Origin: an uncultured Thermoplasmata archaeon | GTDB lineage: Archaea > Thermoplasmatota > Thermoplasmata > Lutacidiplasmatales > UBA184 | Reading direction: 5' to 3' | Assembly: GCA_963730815.1 (NCBI GenBank) | Contig: CAVSTD010000003.1 | Coordinates: 37,570-101,569, forward strand | Length of the DNA stretch: 64,000 nucleotides | Shown here: positions 39,464 through 48,751 of the stretch, one piece after another | Layout: the number at the start of each line of letters is the position of its first letter | How positions within the stretch are numbered: the first letter of the stretch is position 1 | The notes under the pieces: model-generated | Told to the model about the DNA's origin: nothing | Database searches by the model: none | The model's input: only the letters and a program-made list of their open reading frames with translations | Program-made: the position numbers and the translations under genes

Positions 39464-40192
39464 TTATGGACTCTGCTTCCGGTCGGGCGCCGGTGCGAAG
39501 GCGGCGGCGAGCCCGGAAATCTGAGTCAACGGGATCGGAACTCCCACACGGACACCGCTTTCGGTCGGACTCTTCTCCGGGAAGAGGGAACCTTCTCGCC
39601 AATGGGCCACATCCTTCACCCGAAGCTCGAAGACGAATTCGAACGCCATCCGTCCGGGTCCGGGCGTGCCCTTCGACGCGAAGAACGGCAGCAGAGGGGC
39701 TTCTAGGAACGAGTTCACAATCGGCCGCACGCCCTCCACCGTGGAGGGGTACACTGACCGGACCCGGTCCGAATTGGCAATGGCCAGTGCGTGGCGCGGC
39801 TCGCCGAGCCCTAGTCGGGAGATGATCTCCTGGGCGATGGGGGGGAGGCGGACAAAGTCCGAGAGCCGGGCAATCGAGGCCGCCGATTCGTCCGGCCGGA
39901 CGATGGTGAAGAGCGCCATGTTGGCGACCGCGTCCTGGGGCCTCGCTGATTCCGGTGCCTCGGCGAGAAAAAGGTGGTCTTCGGGAATCCACCCGAGTTC
40001 CACCGGTCCGGGTTCCCCCTCTTCCCGCTCGCGCGGCCGCAGGTCGAGCCACAAGGGTTCCGGGTCGGAGGCACGGACCATCGCGAAAAGAACGCGGTTC
40101 AGGGCCGGCCGCGATTCGCCCCAGAGGAATGTCCCATAGCGGCCCCGCCCCAACGCCGCCAGGTCAAAGGTCGGCTTCGTGGCGCTGGCCAT
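39464..40192 (-). CDS. Hypothetical protein, possibly a degenerate RecA/KaiC-like fold
   Basis: 243 aa ORF with normal composition; FLWGESR at the P-loop-like position without a Lys. Confidence 0.55.
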   Translation of the reverse strand: MASATKPTFDLAALGRGRYGTFLWGESRPALNRVLFAMVRASDPEPLWLDLRPREREEGEPGPVELGWIPEDHLFLAEAPESARPQDAVANMALFTIVRPDESAASIARLSDFVRLPPIAQEIISRLGLGEPRHALAIANSDRVRSVYPSTVEGVRPIVNSFLEAPLLPFFASKGTPGPGRMAFEFVFELRVKDVAHWREGSLFPEKSPTESGVRVGVPIPLTQISGLAAAFAPAPDRKQSP

Positions 40193-40342
40193 CACGTCCG
40201 ACGAGGCGGACCGGGGGAAAAAACCCGCACCCAGGGCGTCTTGTGCGAGGATGGGCAGCCGAGTCCGGTCGGACGACTCCGGCGGACCCGCTGGGGCGAA
40301 ACGCGCCGGGATTCTCGGCGAGCCCCGCGATGAATCGGAGAC

Positions 40343-40392
40343 GTATCATAGCTATAGTACTAACTATAGTCTAAATTGAAATTCTATATATG
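40343..40392 (+). promoter_or_regulatory. AT-rich promoter/operator upstream of phoU with CTATAGT direct repeats
   Basis: CTATAGT at 40352-40358 and 40364-40370, CTATATA at 40384-40390. Confidence 0.65.
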
Positions 40393-40415
40393 AGGTACGG
40401 ACGATTTGAGTGTCG

Positions 40416-41456
40416 ATGAAGACCAGAACGCCTCCGGGAATCGACCCGGGAACCGTCGGGGAGCTTTCCGACGCGCCGATCACTACACCTACATCGAGAG
40501 AACGTCGAGCCGATCCGGTGGCTACGGTACGATCGCCTCTCGGCAGCCGCGGTGTCCCTTCCTCCGCTCGCGAGGATTTCGAGATTGCGAATGTCACGGT
40601 CGGTCGCGGTGAACCGGCCGAGCATGTCTTCCGCCGCCTGCTGGGCGCCTACCTCGCCGGGGCCCGCGAGTTCTCGGTCCGCGAACGACCCGGCCTGAGC
40701 GCCGGCACGCGCGAGGTCGTCCGGTCGTTCTGCCGAAGGACCCGTCAGCCCGAGGTGATCTCGGACGAGGCGGGAGTCCTCTACCTGCGCGACCTCGCCT
40801 TCGAAAGCCCGATCCCGCTCGACCAGCGACTCGCTCGGATGGGGCGGCTCGTGCTCGAGTTTCATCGTGAGGCCGTCGACAGCTGGTCCCATCTCCCGTT
40901 CAGTGAGGACGGTTACTGGGAGCGTCGAGATGACGAGATCGACCGGGAGGCCTGGTACGTGGAGCGGGTCGCCGCGATCCGTCTCGATACGGTCGGTCGC
41001 CGACCCGAGTGGCTCGGACTCTGGACGACCGCGCGAAGTCTCGAGAGGATCGCCGATCACGCGGTCGGGCTCGGCGAGGTAGGACGCCGCTTGGTGGACC
41101 TGCCCTACGGGAGCGGCCCGGTGACCTCCCTCCGGCAGTTCCATCGACAAGCGATGGAGCATCTCGAAGGGGTGCTCGCGGCCTCGGACGGAGGCGCGGC
41201 CAACGACCTGCTCGACCTGGGGGAGGCGCTGCTCTCCTCCGGCCGTTCGCTCTCCGACCGGCTTCTTCCCGCCGTCGGAGGCGGGACGATGCCGCCCGCC
41301 ACCGCGGCGGCCGTCGCTCGCATCCTCGAGTCGATCGGTCGTACGATTGCCTACGCTCAGGACATCGCTCAGGTCACCCTCGACCGATCGGTCCCGAAGG
41401 CGGAGTCGGACGGCAAGACTCCCGCGCGGCGGGTCGCCGTATCTCCGACCCCATGA
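40416..41456 (+). CDS. phoU: Archaeal PhoU-family phosphate regulator
   Basis: RRLLGAYLAG, RDDEIDR, ARSLERIADHA, ARILESIGRTIAYAQDIAQV. Confidence 0.85.
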   Translation: MKTRTPPGIDPGTVGELSDAPITTPTSRERRADPVATVRSPLGSRGVPSSAREDFEIANVTVGRGEPAEHVFRRLLGAYLAGAREFSVRERPGLSAGTREVVRSFCRRTRQPEVISDEAGVLYLRDLAFESPIPLDQRLARMGRLVLEFHREAVDSWSHLPFSEDGYWERRDDEIDREAWYVERVAAIRLDTVGRRPEWLGLWTTARSLERIADHAVGLGEVGRRLVDLPYGSGPVTSLRQFHRQAMEHLEGVLAASDGGAANDLLDLGEALLSSGRSLSDRLLPAVGGGTMPPATAAAVARILESIGRTIAYAQDIAQVTLDRSVPKAESDGKTPARRVAVSPTP

Positions 41457-41515
41457 CTATAGCAAGCGGAGGGGTTTTCTACCCCGACGCCTGCCTCCGG
41501 ACCCCTTACCTTTCC

Positions 41516-42052
41516 GTGTCGAAAAAAAACGGCGGAACCAAGAACATTCGGGTCATCGCCGTGCGGCATGGCCCCGCGGAGGTCCGCGACCCGGCGCGCT
41601 GGCCCGATGACGACCAGCGACCGTTGACACGCAAGGGTGAGGCGGAGACGCGTCGCGCGGCCCGGGGCCTCGCGAGCGTCGTGGGCACCGCCGACCGTCT
41701 CGCGACCAGCGCGGCGGGCCGGGCCCTGCGGACCGCCGAACTGATCCACCGGGAGCTCGAGGCCGCGCCCGCTCCCGAGACGTGGGAGGAGCTCGCTCCG
41801 GGAAACCTCTCGACCCCGATCTTCGACCGCATCCGTCGCTCGGCGCGCGCGCACGAGACCGTCCTCCTCGTGGGGCACGAACCGACCCTTGCGGAGTTCG
41901 TCGGCGAGGCGCTCACGGGAGAAGGGCTCTCGGTCGTGCACCTCACCAAAGGTGGTGCCGTGTGTCTCGAATTCTCGAACTCGGTCCGCCCGGGGGCGGG
42001 CCGGCTCGTCTGGCTGCTTACGCGGAAGCAGCTCGCCGCGGAACACGACTGA
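41516..42052 (+). CDS. sixA: SixA-type histidine phosphatase
   Basis: VRHGPAE, DDQRPLTRKG, RALRTA, LLVGHEP. Confidence 0.9.
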   Translation: MSKKNGGTKNIRVIAVRHGPAEVRDPARWPDDDQRPLTRKGEAETRRAARGLASVVGTADRLATSAAGRALRTAELIHRELEAAPAPETWEELAPGNLSTPIFDRIRRSARAHETVLLVGHEPTLAEFVGEALTGEGLSVVHLTKGGAVCLEFSNSVRPGAGRLVWLLTRKQLAAEHD

Positions 42053-42782
42053 CCGACCGCGGAGGGCTTTCGGACGGACGTCGCGGTGCGACGAACCGTC
42101 GACCGTAGAGCGGGGCCACCAACCGCTGCACTTCCTCGTGCACCGTCTCCGGAGCGCGGTTCGCGTCCACGGCGTGGAACGCGTACTCACTCGACATCCA
42201 CTCGAACTCCCGCGAGAGGAGTGCCTGGTAGAGGAAGAAGCTCTCGAAGAGGTCCCGCGAGAGGCAGAGGTCCATACCCGACTCCCAGTAGTCGAGGGAG
42301 CCGTACTTTCCGATCGACCGGTGGAGCAGGATCTCGGCGCGCGCGTCGAGGAAGATGACGAGGTCCGGACGCAAGGCGAACCCGTAGAGCTGGCGGGCGT
42401 ACTCCCGGGAGGCACCGCGGACGATGGCTCGCGCCATGAGCGTGTAGATGTAGCGGTCCGCGAGGACCGTGCTGCCGGCGGAGAGGGCGGGAACGATCTT
42501 GTTCTCGAGTTGGTCCGCGAAGTCCGCCGCGTAGAGCAGCGCCATCGTCGTGGCCGCGAGCGTGTGCCCTTGCTTCGCCTGGTCGATCTCGCCGCTCACG
42601 AGGTCGGAGCGACGCAGGCCCGTATCCACGACCGCGTGCCCTTCCACTTCGAGCCATTCCTTCAGCAGCGCGACCTCGGTCGTTCGCCCCGAGCCGTCTG
42701 CCCCCTCCACGACGATCAGCTTGCCCGCGGGGATCTCCTTGGGAAGGCCCGGAAGCCGGGTCCCGTACGTCCTATCCGTCAT
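42018..42782 (-). CDS. Thymidylate-kinase-fold protein 2 (putative polyP kinase subunit)
   Basis: VEGADGSGRTT (Arg in place of Walker A Lys), LLYAADFADQ, LADRY, YWESGMD. Confidence 0.85.
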   Translation of the reverse strand: MTDRTYGTRLPGLPKEIPAGKLIVVEGADGSGRTTEVALLKEWLEVEGHAVVDTGLRRSDLVSGEIDQAKQGHTLAATTMALLYAADFADQLENKIVPALSAGSTVLADRYIYTLMARAIVRGASREYARQLYGFALRPDLVIFLDARAEILLHRSIGKYGSLDYWESGMDLCLSRDLFESFFLYQALLSREFEWMSSEYAFHAVDANRAPETVHEEVQRLVAPLYGRRFVAPRRPSESPPRSVSRVPRRAASA

Positions 42783-43470
42783 GCATCAGACGCTCCCCCG
42801 TCGGGAAGTTCGCCAGCATCGGCTTGAGGTCCTTCCGCAGCTCGGCCTGGATCGACTCGACCGGCCGGGTCGCGTCCACGACCCGGAAGTGGTCGGTGGT
42901 GGAGATGCGGTCGTATTCGCGTTTGAGCCGGCCTTGGAACCGCTCGTAGCTCTCGACGAGGTCGTCCGAGAGCCCGAGGTCCATGCCGGCCTCGTAGTAG
43001 TTCATCTTGAGGCGGGAGGAGAGCTTGCGCTTCAGGGTCACCGCGACCGGGACCCGGAAGTAGAAGACCCGGTCCGGCCGGGGGGCGAACGAGTAAATCG
43101 TCCGGACCCAGGCGGGGTCGCAGCCGCGGGCCGCATCCCGGACGAAGGCCGTGTACGTGTAGCGGTCGCAGACCACGAGGTAGCCCGCCCGCAGCGGCGG
43201 GAGGATCTTCCGCTCGAACCGGTCGGCGAAATCGGTCGCGTGCAGGAGCGAGAACGTGGTGGGAGTGAGGAGGCCCTTCTTCTTGCCGCGCCGGATCGTG
43301 TTGGAAACGAGTTCGGAGGAATTCCACTCCGTGAAGAATACGCGGTAGCCGTTCGATTGGAGCCACTTGCCGAGCAGGGCGGCCTGCGTCGACTTGCCGC
43401 TTCCGTCCAGTCCCTCAAAGACGAAGAGGCGGCCGGGGAAACCGTGGTTCGGAGACGGAGTATCAGGCAT
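42772..43470 (-). CDS. Thymidylate-kinase-fold protein 1 (putative polyP kinase subunit)
   Basis: FEGLDGSGKST, TEWNSS, LLHATDFADR, VCDRY, YYEAGMD. Confidence 0.85.
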   Translation of the reverse strand: MPDTPSPNHGFPGRLFVFEGLDGSGKSTQAALLGKWLQSNGYRVFFTEWNSSELVSNTIRRGKKKGLLTPTTFSLLHATDFADRFERKILPPLRAGYLVVCDRYTYTAFVRDAARGCDPAWVRTIYSFAPRPDRVFYFRVPVAVTLKRKLSSRLKMNYYEAGMDLGLSDDLVESYERFQGRLKREYDRISTTDHFRVVDATRPVESIQAELRKDLKPMLANFPTGERLMHDG

Positions 43471-45019
43471 CACGGTAGCGCACCTCGAGGTCGAAGACCC
43501 GTTCCATCAACTTGCGAACCTTCTCGGCCCAGCGGGGGGGAAGGGTCGTATCCCTCGTAGAAGAAAAGCTCACCGAGAGAACCTTTCCCTCCGTCGCGAG
43601 GGAGAACCGCGGTCGAAGCGCGGCGAGGTATTCGGCAGCGCCCAGGACCGCGCCGAGGCGGACGGCGGTCTCGAGATCGGGCGGCCGGATGATGGGCAGG
43701 AATCCCTTCTTCCATTCGGACGGCAGGCTGTTGCCCTCGTGGAGGTACGCGGCCATCGCCGCGAGGAGGACTTCCCGCTGGTCGAGCCCTCGGATCGGGT
43801 AGTTCTGGATCAGGTACGAGGAGTGCCGGGCGTGGTTCCATAGGTCGATCGCCACCCCGGAGTCGTGCATCCAGGCGGCCACACGGAGCGCGAGCGCTTC
43901 GCTCGGACCCCCCTCGAACCGAGCGGCCAGGGTCTGGAAGAGGCTGGTGGCCGTCTCGGCGACCTCTCGGCCGTGGTCGAAATCGAACGCGAAGGAACCG
44001 GCCGCCGCCGCTGCCGACCGCTCGGCGAGGACCTCGGCCGGAACGGGGAGCTTCACGCCCAGCGCCTCGAGCGCGATCCCCTCCCGGATCCCGGTCCCCG
44101 AGACGACGATCCTCTCCGCCTTCACGGCTCGGAGCAGTTCGGAGAAGACGACGATTCCCGCCAACACGACGTCGGTTCGGTCGCTGCCGATGCCGGGGAC
44201 CACGCGCCGACGAGGGGCGGGCATCTCGCCGAGGAGTTCGCGCAGGGCCTCGATGTCGTTTCCGTAGAGAGGGTAGCCGTGCACGCGTCGGACCGGGAAT
44301 TCGCGGATCTCGATCGCGGCCCGGGCGAGCGACCGCACGGTCCCGCCGATACCGAAGAGGCGGTACGGTCCCCCGCCGAACGCTTCGAGGACGGAGGAGA
44401 TTGCCTCCCGGACGTGCTCCCGCAACGCGTCGAATTCTCGCCGCTTCGGTGGGTCGTGCTCGAAGAATCGTTGGGACAGTCGGAGCGCTCCGAGGGGCAG
44501 GCTGACGGAGTTGTGCAGCGCTCCTTGGCGTACCTCGGCCAACTGGAGCGAGCCGCCCCCCAGGTCGCAGACGAGGTCGTTCGAAAGCTCCCAGGCGCTC
44601 GCGATCCCGAGGTAGGCGTACCGAGCCTCCTGGGTTCCGGAAATGATCCGCAGCGACACCCCGGTGGCGCGCTCGACGTCGCGGATGAAGTCGGGGCCGT
44701 TCGGCGCGTCCCGTACGGCGCTGGTGGCGACGGACACAGTCTTCGGAACCTTGAGGGAGCGCATCGTTCGGGAGAACCGTCGCACGGTGGCGATTCCGCG
44801 GACGACCGCTTCCGGGGAGAGACTGCCGTCCGCGCTGGTGCCCGAACCGAGTCGGGGCGCGTCCTTCGTCTCGTAGATCGGCCGGACGGTGCCGGCCGCG
44901 GACGTTTCGAAGACGACGAACCGAGCGGTGTTCGACCCGATGTCGACCACTCCGAGGGTGGAAACGGCCCGGTTCCCCGAGCCTTCTCGCTCGAGGTCCG
45001 CGAGCCGGGCCCGGTGCAT
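43463..45019 (-). CDS. ppx: Exopolyphosphatase Ppx/GppA with HD domain
   Basis: VDIGSNT, VATSAVRDAPN, ISGTQEA, DLGGGS, GIGGT, GIREG, AWMHDSG...HARHS. Confidence 0.93.
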   Translation of the reverse strand: MHRARLADLEREGSGNRAVSTLGVVDIGSNTARFVVFETSAAGTVRPIYETKDAPRLGSGTSADGSLSPEAVVRGIATVRRFSRTMRSLKVPKTVSVATSAVRDAPNGPDFIRDVERATGVSLRIISGTQEARYAYLGIASAWELSNDLVCDLGGGSLQLAEVRQGALHNSVSLPLGALRLSQRFFEHDPPKRREFDALREHVREAISSVLEAFGGGPYRLFGIGGTVRSLARAAIEIREFPVRRVHGYPLYGNDIEALRELLGEMPAPRRRVVPGIGSDRTDVVLAGIVVFSELLRAVKAERIVVSGTGIREGIALEALGVKLPVPAEVLAERSAAAAAGSFAFDFDHGREVAETATSLFQTLAARFEGGPSEALALRVAAWMHDSGVAIDLWNHARHSSYLIQNYPIRGLDQREVLLAAMAAYLHEGNSLPSEWKKGFLPIIRPPDLETAVRLGAVLGAAEYLAALRPRFSLATEGKVLSVSFSSTRDTTLPPRWAEKVRKLMERVFDLEVRYRDA

Positions 45020-45158
45020 GGTTTCCGAGAGGCTCTCGGCTCTAATAGGAGTGGGGTCGAATCGACCGAGGCGGTCGCTCGCTCCGAATGGTTTACGTGG
45101 GGGACCCGACCTGCCCGCGGGAGAGAGACCGATGGACCGGACCGGCGGCCAGAGCACC

Positions 45159-46019
45159 ATGCGACCCGAGCGCGTCGCGCGCGAGGTCGCCAGCATCCTC
45201 GACGAGGTGACCCGGGCTGTCGACCAGGTCGTCGCGGCGGCCCATCCCTCGGCCGGAAGCCTGCATCGTCTGCATCGGCAAATGCGCCGGCTCCGGACCG
45301 GCCTCGCCCTCTGGGAGTCTTTGCTCCCGAGCGCCGAGCGGGAGCTCCTCCACCCGCTCGACGTACGGATCAAGCGCCTTTCGCGCCTCGTCGGTCGGAT
45401 CCGCGACCGCGACATCGCCCTCTCGTTGCTGCAACGATTCGACGGAAGACGGGCCAGCCATCGCGACCTCGAGCGGGTCACCCGCTACCGGATCCGCGTC
45501 CAGGACGACGCGCGCACCGGCCGTGAGCTCCTGAGGGCTTTCCTTCGCTCGGAGCGTCAGGCCCGTCTCCTGGACGATGTCGGAGAACGGCTGCGCAGCC
45601 TGCCTCGGTCCGGGTCGTTTCGCGACGCTCATCGAGCTGTGACGCTGGCCCACACGCGCTCCCATGCCCTGCTCCAGCAGGCGCACCGCAAGGCCCGGCG
45701 TCGGCCCACGATGGAACGCCTCCACCGGCTTCGAATCCGCATCCGTCGGGCCCGACAGGTCTCCGACCTCGCGGTGGCGCTCGACCCTCAGCACGAACGG
45801 GGGTTCGCGACCTCGCTCGCCCGCCTCCAGAAGAATCTCGGAGACCTTCACGACCTCGACATGATCCTGGTGGGGCTCGATGACGAGGTCCGCAAGACCG
45901 CGTGGGCGAAAGAGCTGCGCGACGAACGTCGGCGACATCGGCGGGAGATCCTGAAGTCGCTCAAGTCGCCCGTCGCTCTCCCCCCGCAGAACCGGCCCTC
46001 GCGCGCGAACGCGGCGTGA
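45159..46019 (+). CDS. CHAD-domain polyphosphate-binding protein
   Basis: LHRLHRQMRRLR, GRIRDRD, LHRLRIRIRR, LQKNLGDLHD; alternative start 45132. Confidence 0.9.
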   Translation: MRPERVAREVASILDEVTRAVDQVVAAAHPSAGSLHRLHRQMRRLRTGLALWESLLPSAERELLHPLDVRIKRLSRLVGRIRDRDIALSLLQRFDGRRASHRDLERVTRYRIRVQDDARTGRELLRAFLRSERQARLLDDVGERLRSLPRSGSFRDAHRAVTLAHTRSHALLQQAHRKARRRPTMERLHRLRIRIRRARQVSDLAVALDPQHERGFATSLARLQKNLGDLHDLDMILVGLDDEVRKTAWAKELRDERRRHRREILKSLKSPVALPPQNRPSRANAA

Positions 46020-46062
46020 CCCCGGTCGTTCCGTTATTACCTCGGCCCGCCCTCCGATTCTC

Positions 46063-47574
46063 GTGGCGAGCTCGGAGGCAACGGACCTCACCGGAGCCGT
46101 CCGCGGCGTCCTCGGCGAGACGGGCGCGATGGGCGCCACGGTCCGTCAGATCGCCTCGCGGCTCGACGACCGCGCCGAGCGAATCGCCGAGGTGCTGGAC
46201 ACGCTTCGGAGCCGCGGGGACGTCCTGCAGATGGGACGGGGCCTCTTCGTCCTGCGGGCGTTCGAACGGCTCGCGGAGCGAGAGGACTTTGTCGACCCCG
46301 CCGCGTTCGTCGAACGGTTCGAGCGGGAGAACGGCATCTCTCTGGGTCGGTACGCCGGACCCATCACGTTCCGGTCGAACGAGACCCTTCCCGTTCATCG
46401 GTGGTGGCCGTACGTGCAGGGATATTCCGCGGAGTTCGTGGCCGGCGTGCTCACCGCCGCCGACCTGGCCCGCGGAGCGACCGTCCTCGACCCCTTCGCC
46501 GGCAGCGGCACCACGCTGGTCGAAGCCCGTCGCGCGGGCGCACATGCGGTCGGCACCGAGCTACTCGCCCCGGCGGTGCTGGCAGCCCGGGTGAAGACGC
46601 ACTTCGAACTCGACTCGGAAACCCTCACCCGCGCGGCGGGTCGAGTCCTTCGACGGGCCGAGGGACGAAATGCCGGGAAGCTCCCCTTCCTTCGGGAAAC
46701 TCGGCGACAGTTCGCCCCCAGGGCGCTCGCCGACCTCACCCGTTTGCGCGATGCATTGCCTCCGGAGGGCGACCCGACCGCCGATGCGGTACGCCTCGCC
46801 TTCGGGCGGATCCTGATCCCCTCGAGTCGGCTCCACCGGTCTCCGTGCCTCGGCTACGGGAAGCGGTCGAGCGACTCCGCGGTCCCGGTGTTCGAGAGGT
46901 TCCGGAGCGCGGTCACCGAGATGTCGGAAGACCTTTCGAAACTCTCGAACGAAGCCTCGGTCTGGGGCCCCCCGGCGGAGGTCGTTCCGCGCGATGCCCG
47001 CGTCGGGAGTTGGCCGGCTCGCTCCGTTCACCTGGCCGTGACGAGTCCGCCGTACGTCAACGGCATGGACTACGTGATGAACTACAAGGTCGACCTGGCT
47101 TGGCTCGGCTACGCCCGGTCGTACTCGGACCTCGTGGCCCTGCGACGCGCGCAAGTGGCCTGCGACAACCTGCCGCGACGAGAGACCGCCCCGTACCTCG
47201 ACACGAGCTCGGTCACCGACCCGTGGCTTTCGGAGATCCTGTCGCGGATCCGCGAAAACCTCGCGCGCAAGGGAACGTACCGTCGCGACGACATGCACGC
47301 GGTGGTGCATCGCTACTTTGCGGACCTGCGCCCGGTCCTCGACGGGGTCTTCCGGGCGCTCGTTCCCGGAGGACGATTCGTCGTCGTGGTCGGCGATTCG
47401 TTGCTGGCCGGGGTGTACGTGCCGGGGGACCTTCTCCTTGCCCGGCTCGGCGTCTCGTGCGGGTTCCGACTCGCGTCGGTCGAGGTGGCCCGGCCCCGGC
47501 GAAGCGGCCAGCGGCGGAGCTTCGAGCTGAGGGAGTCGATCGTTACGCTCGAACGACCTCGCGCCGCCCGGTGA
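46063..47574 (+). CDS. Amino (N4-C/N6-A) DNA methyltransferase with N-terminal HTH-like extension
   Basis: HRWWPYVQGYS, motif I LDPFAGSGTT, motif IV VTSPPY, LVPGG...VVGDS. Confidence 0.88.
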   Translation: MASSEATDLTGAVRGVLGETGAMGATVRQIASRLDDRAERIAEVLDTLRSRGDVLQMGRGLFVLRAFERLAEREDFVDPAAFVERFERENGISLGRYAGPITFRSNETLPVHRWWPYVQGYSAEFVAGVLTAADLARGATVLDPFAGSGTTLVEARRAGAHAVGTELLAPAVLAARVKTHFELDSETLTRAAGRVLRRAEGRNAGKLPFLRETRRQFAPRALADLTRLRDALPPEGDPTADAVRLAFGRILIPSSRLHRSPCLGYGKRSSDSAVPVFERFRSAVTEMSEDLSKLSNEASVWGPPAEVVPRDARVGSWPARSVHLAVTSPPYVNGMDYVMNYKVDLAWLGYARSYSDLVALRRAQVACDNLPRRETAPYLDTSSVTDPWLSEILSRIRENLARKGTYRRDDMHAVVHRYFADLRPVLDGVFRALVPGGRFVVVVGDSLLAGVYVPGDLLLARLGVSCGFRLASVEVARPRRSGQRRSFELRESIVTLERPRAAR

Positions 47575-47617
47575 GCGCCGCTAGCTTCTTGGTGGAGGGC
47601 GGCGCTACCGTCCCCGA

Positions 47618-47905
47618 ATGTTCTGTCCCATCTGCGGCCGCGTCATGACCGGACCCTCGTCCCCCACGGTCTCCTTTCCCATGTTCGTCTGCGGACACGA
47701 CGGGGTGGTCTACGACCGTAAGCGCGACACCTGGAACGGCCTGCCCGAGGTCGGAGCGAAACTCTGCTGCCCGATCTGCGGAAACCCGATGGAGGTCGAA
47801 CCGAAGGAACCTCCGCACCGGGTCTTCTTCTGCTTCCAGTGCGGCACGACGTTCGATAAAGAAACGGGAGTCTGGTACGGCCTCGCCTACCACCTCGCCC
47901 CCTGA
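47618..47905 (+). CDS. Small double Zn-finger protein
   Basis: Two repeats: CPICG..M...C..../CPICG.PM...CFQC, each followed by (Y/F)D...W.GL. Confidence 0.75.
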   Translation: MFCPICGRVMTGPSSPTVSFPMFVCGHDGVVYDRKRDTWNGLPEVGAKLCCPICGNPMEVEPKEPPHRVFFCFQCGTTFDKETGVWYGLAYHLAP

Positions 47906-47985
47906 CCGGACCGACCGACGGTTCCGCTCGAAGCAAACGCTTAACGTGTCCGGGCGCCCGCGTTCTCCCTAGCCACGGAGGGGAA

Positions 47986-48738
47986 ATGCCACCCCCAGGG
48001 TCCCAGCCGAAATTCTTGGAGCCATTGCTCGGGATCGTGTTCGACCTCGACGGGACGCTCGTTCTCTCGCACCACGATTTCGGAAGGATGCGCGCGGAAG
48101 TGATCCGCCTCGCGGAGCACTACGGAGTGACCCCGGGCCACCTTTCGGTCCAGCAACCGATCCACCGGATCGTGGAAGCGGCGCGCGAGGAGCTGAGGAA
48201 CTCCGGGGCCCCGGACGGGGTCTACTACCGTTTCGAAGCGGAGTACCAGAAGCGGATCGACGCGATCGAACTCGAAGCGCTCCCGCGGACGATTCCCCGG
48301 CCCGGCGCGAAGGAGCTTCTGAAGATCCTCTCCGTCCGCGGGTTCCGCATCGGCCTCCTTACCCGAAGCTCGGAGGCCTTCGCTCGCCAAGCCCTGGTTC
48401 GAACGGAGCTCGCACCCTACTTCCAGTATCTGCGAAGCCGAAGCGCCTCCGGCCCGTCGAAGCCCTCCCCCGAGGCTCTCCTTCTGCTCCTCGGCGAGAT
48501 GGGCGTGCCGATCGACCGCGCCCTGTTCGTGGGAGACCACCTGATCGATGCCGAATGTGCGACGCGCGCGCAGGTGCGTTTCTACGCGGTGATGCCGGAC
48601 CCGAGCGAGGCCGCGAACACCGGCTCCACGATGAGCGAGGACCGTTTCTTGGCGGCCGGCGCTTCCGCGATCGCGAACGACCTACCCGAGCTCGCTCGCC
48701 ATCTCACCGTCGCGAACTCCCCGCCAGTCCCGGGGTAG
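47986..48738 (+). CDS. HAD-superfamily phosphatase
   Basis: FDLDGTL, LLTR, KPSPE, FVGD...D. Confidence 0.9.
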   Translation: MPPPGSQPKFLEPLLGIVFDLDGTLVLSHHDFGRMRAEVIRLAEHYGVTPGHLSVQQPIHRIVEAAREELRNSGAPDGVYYRFEAEYQKRIDAIELEALPRTIPRPGAKELLKILSVRGFRIGLLTRSSEAFARQALVRTELAPYFQYLRSRSASGPSKPSPEALLLLLGEMGVPIDRALFVGDHLIDAECATRAQVRFYAVMPDPSEAANTGSTMSEDRFLAAGASAIANDLPELARHLTVANSPPVPG

Positions 48739-48751
48739 CGGCAGCCGGCCC

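Noticed and set aside
33500-40400. A second att-repeat cassette array after tRNA-Val
   Set aside because: No copy of the tRNA-Val 3' end or shared intergenic repeat found by eye.
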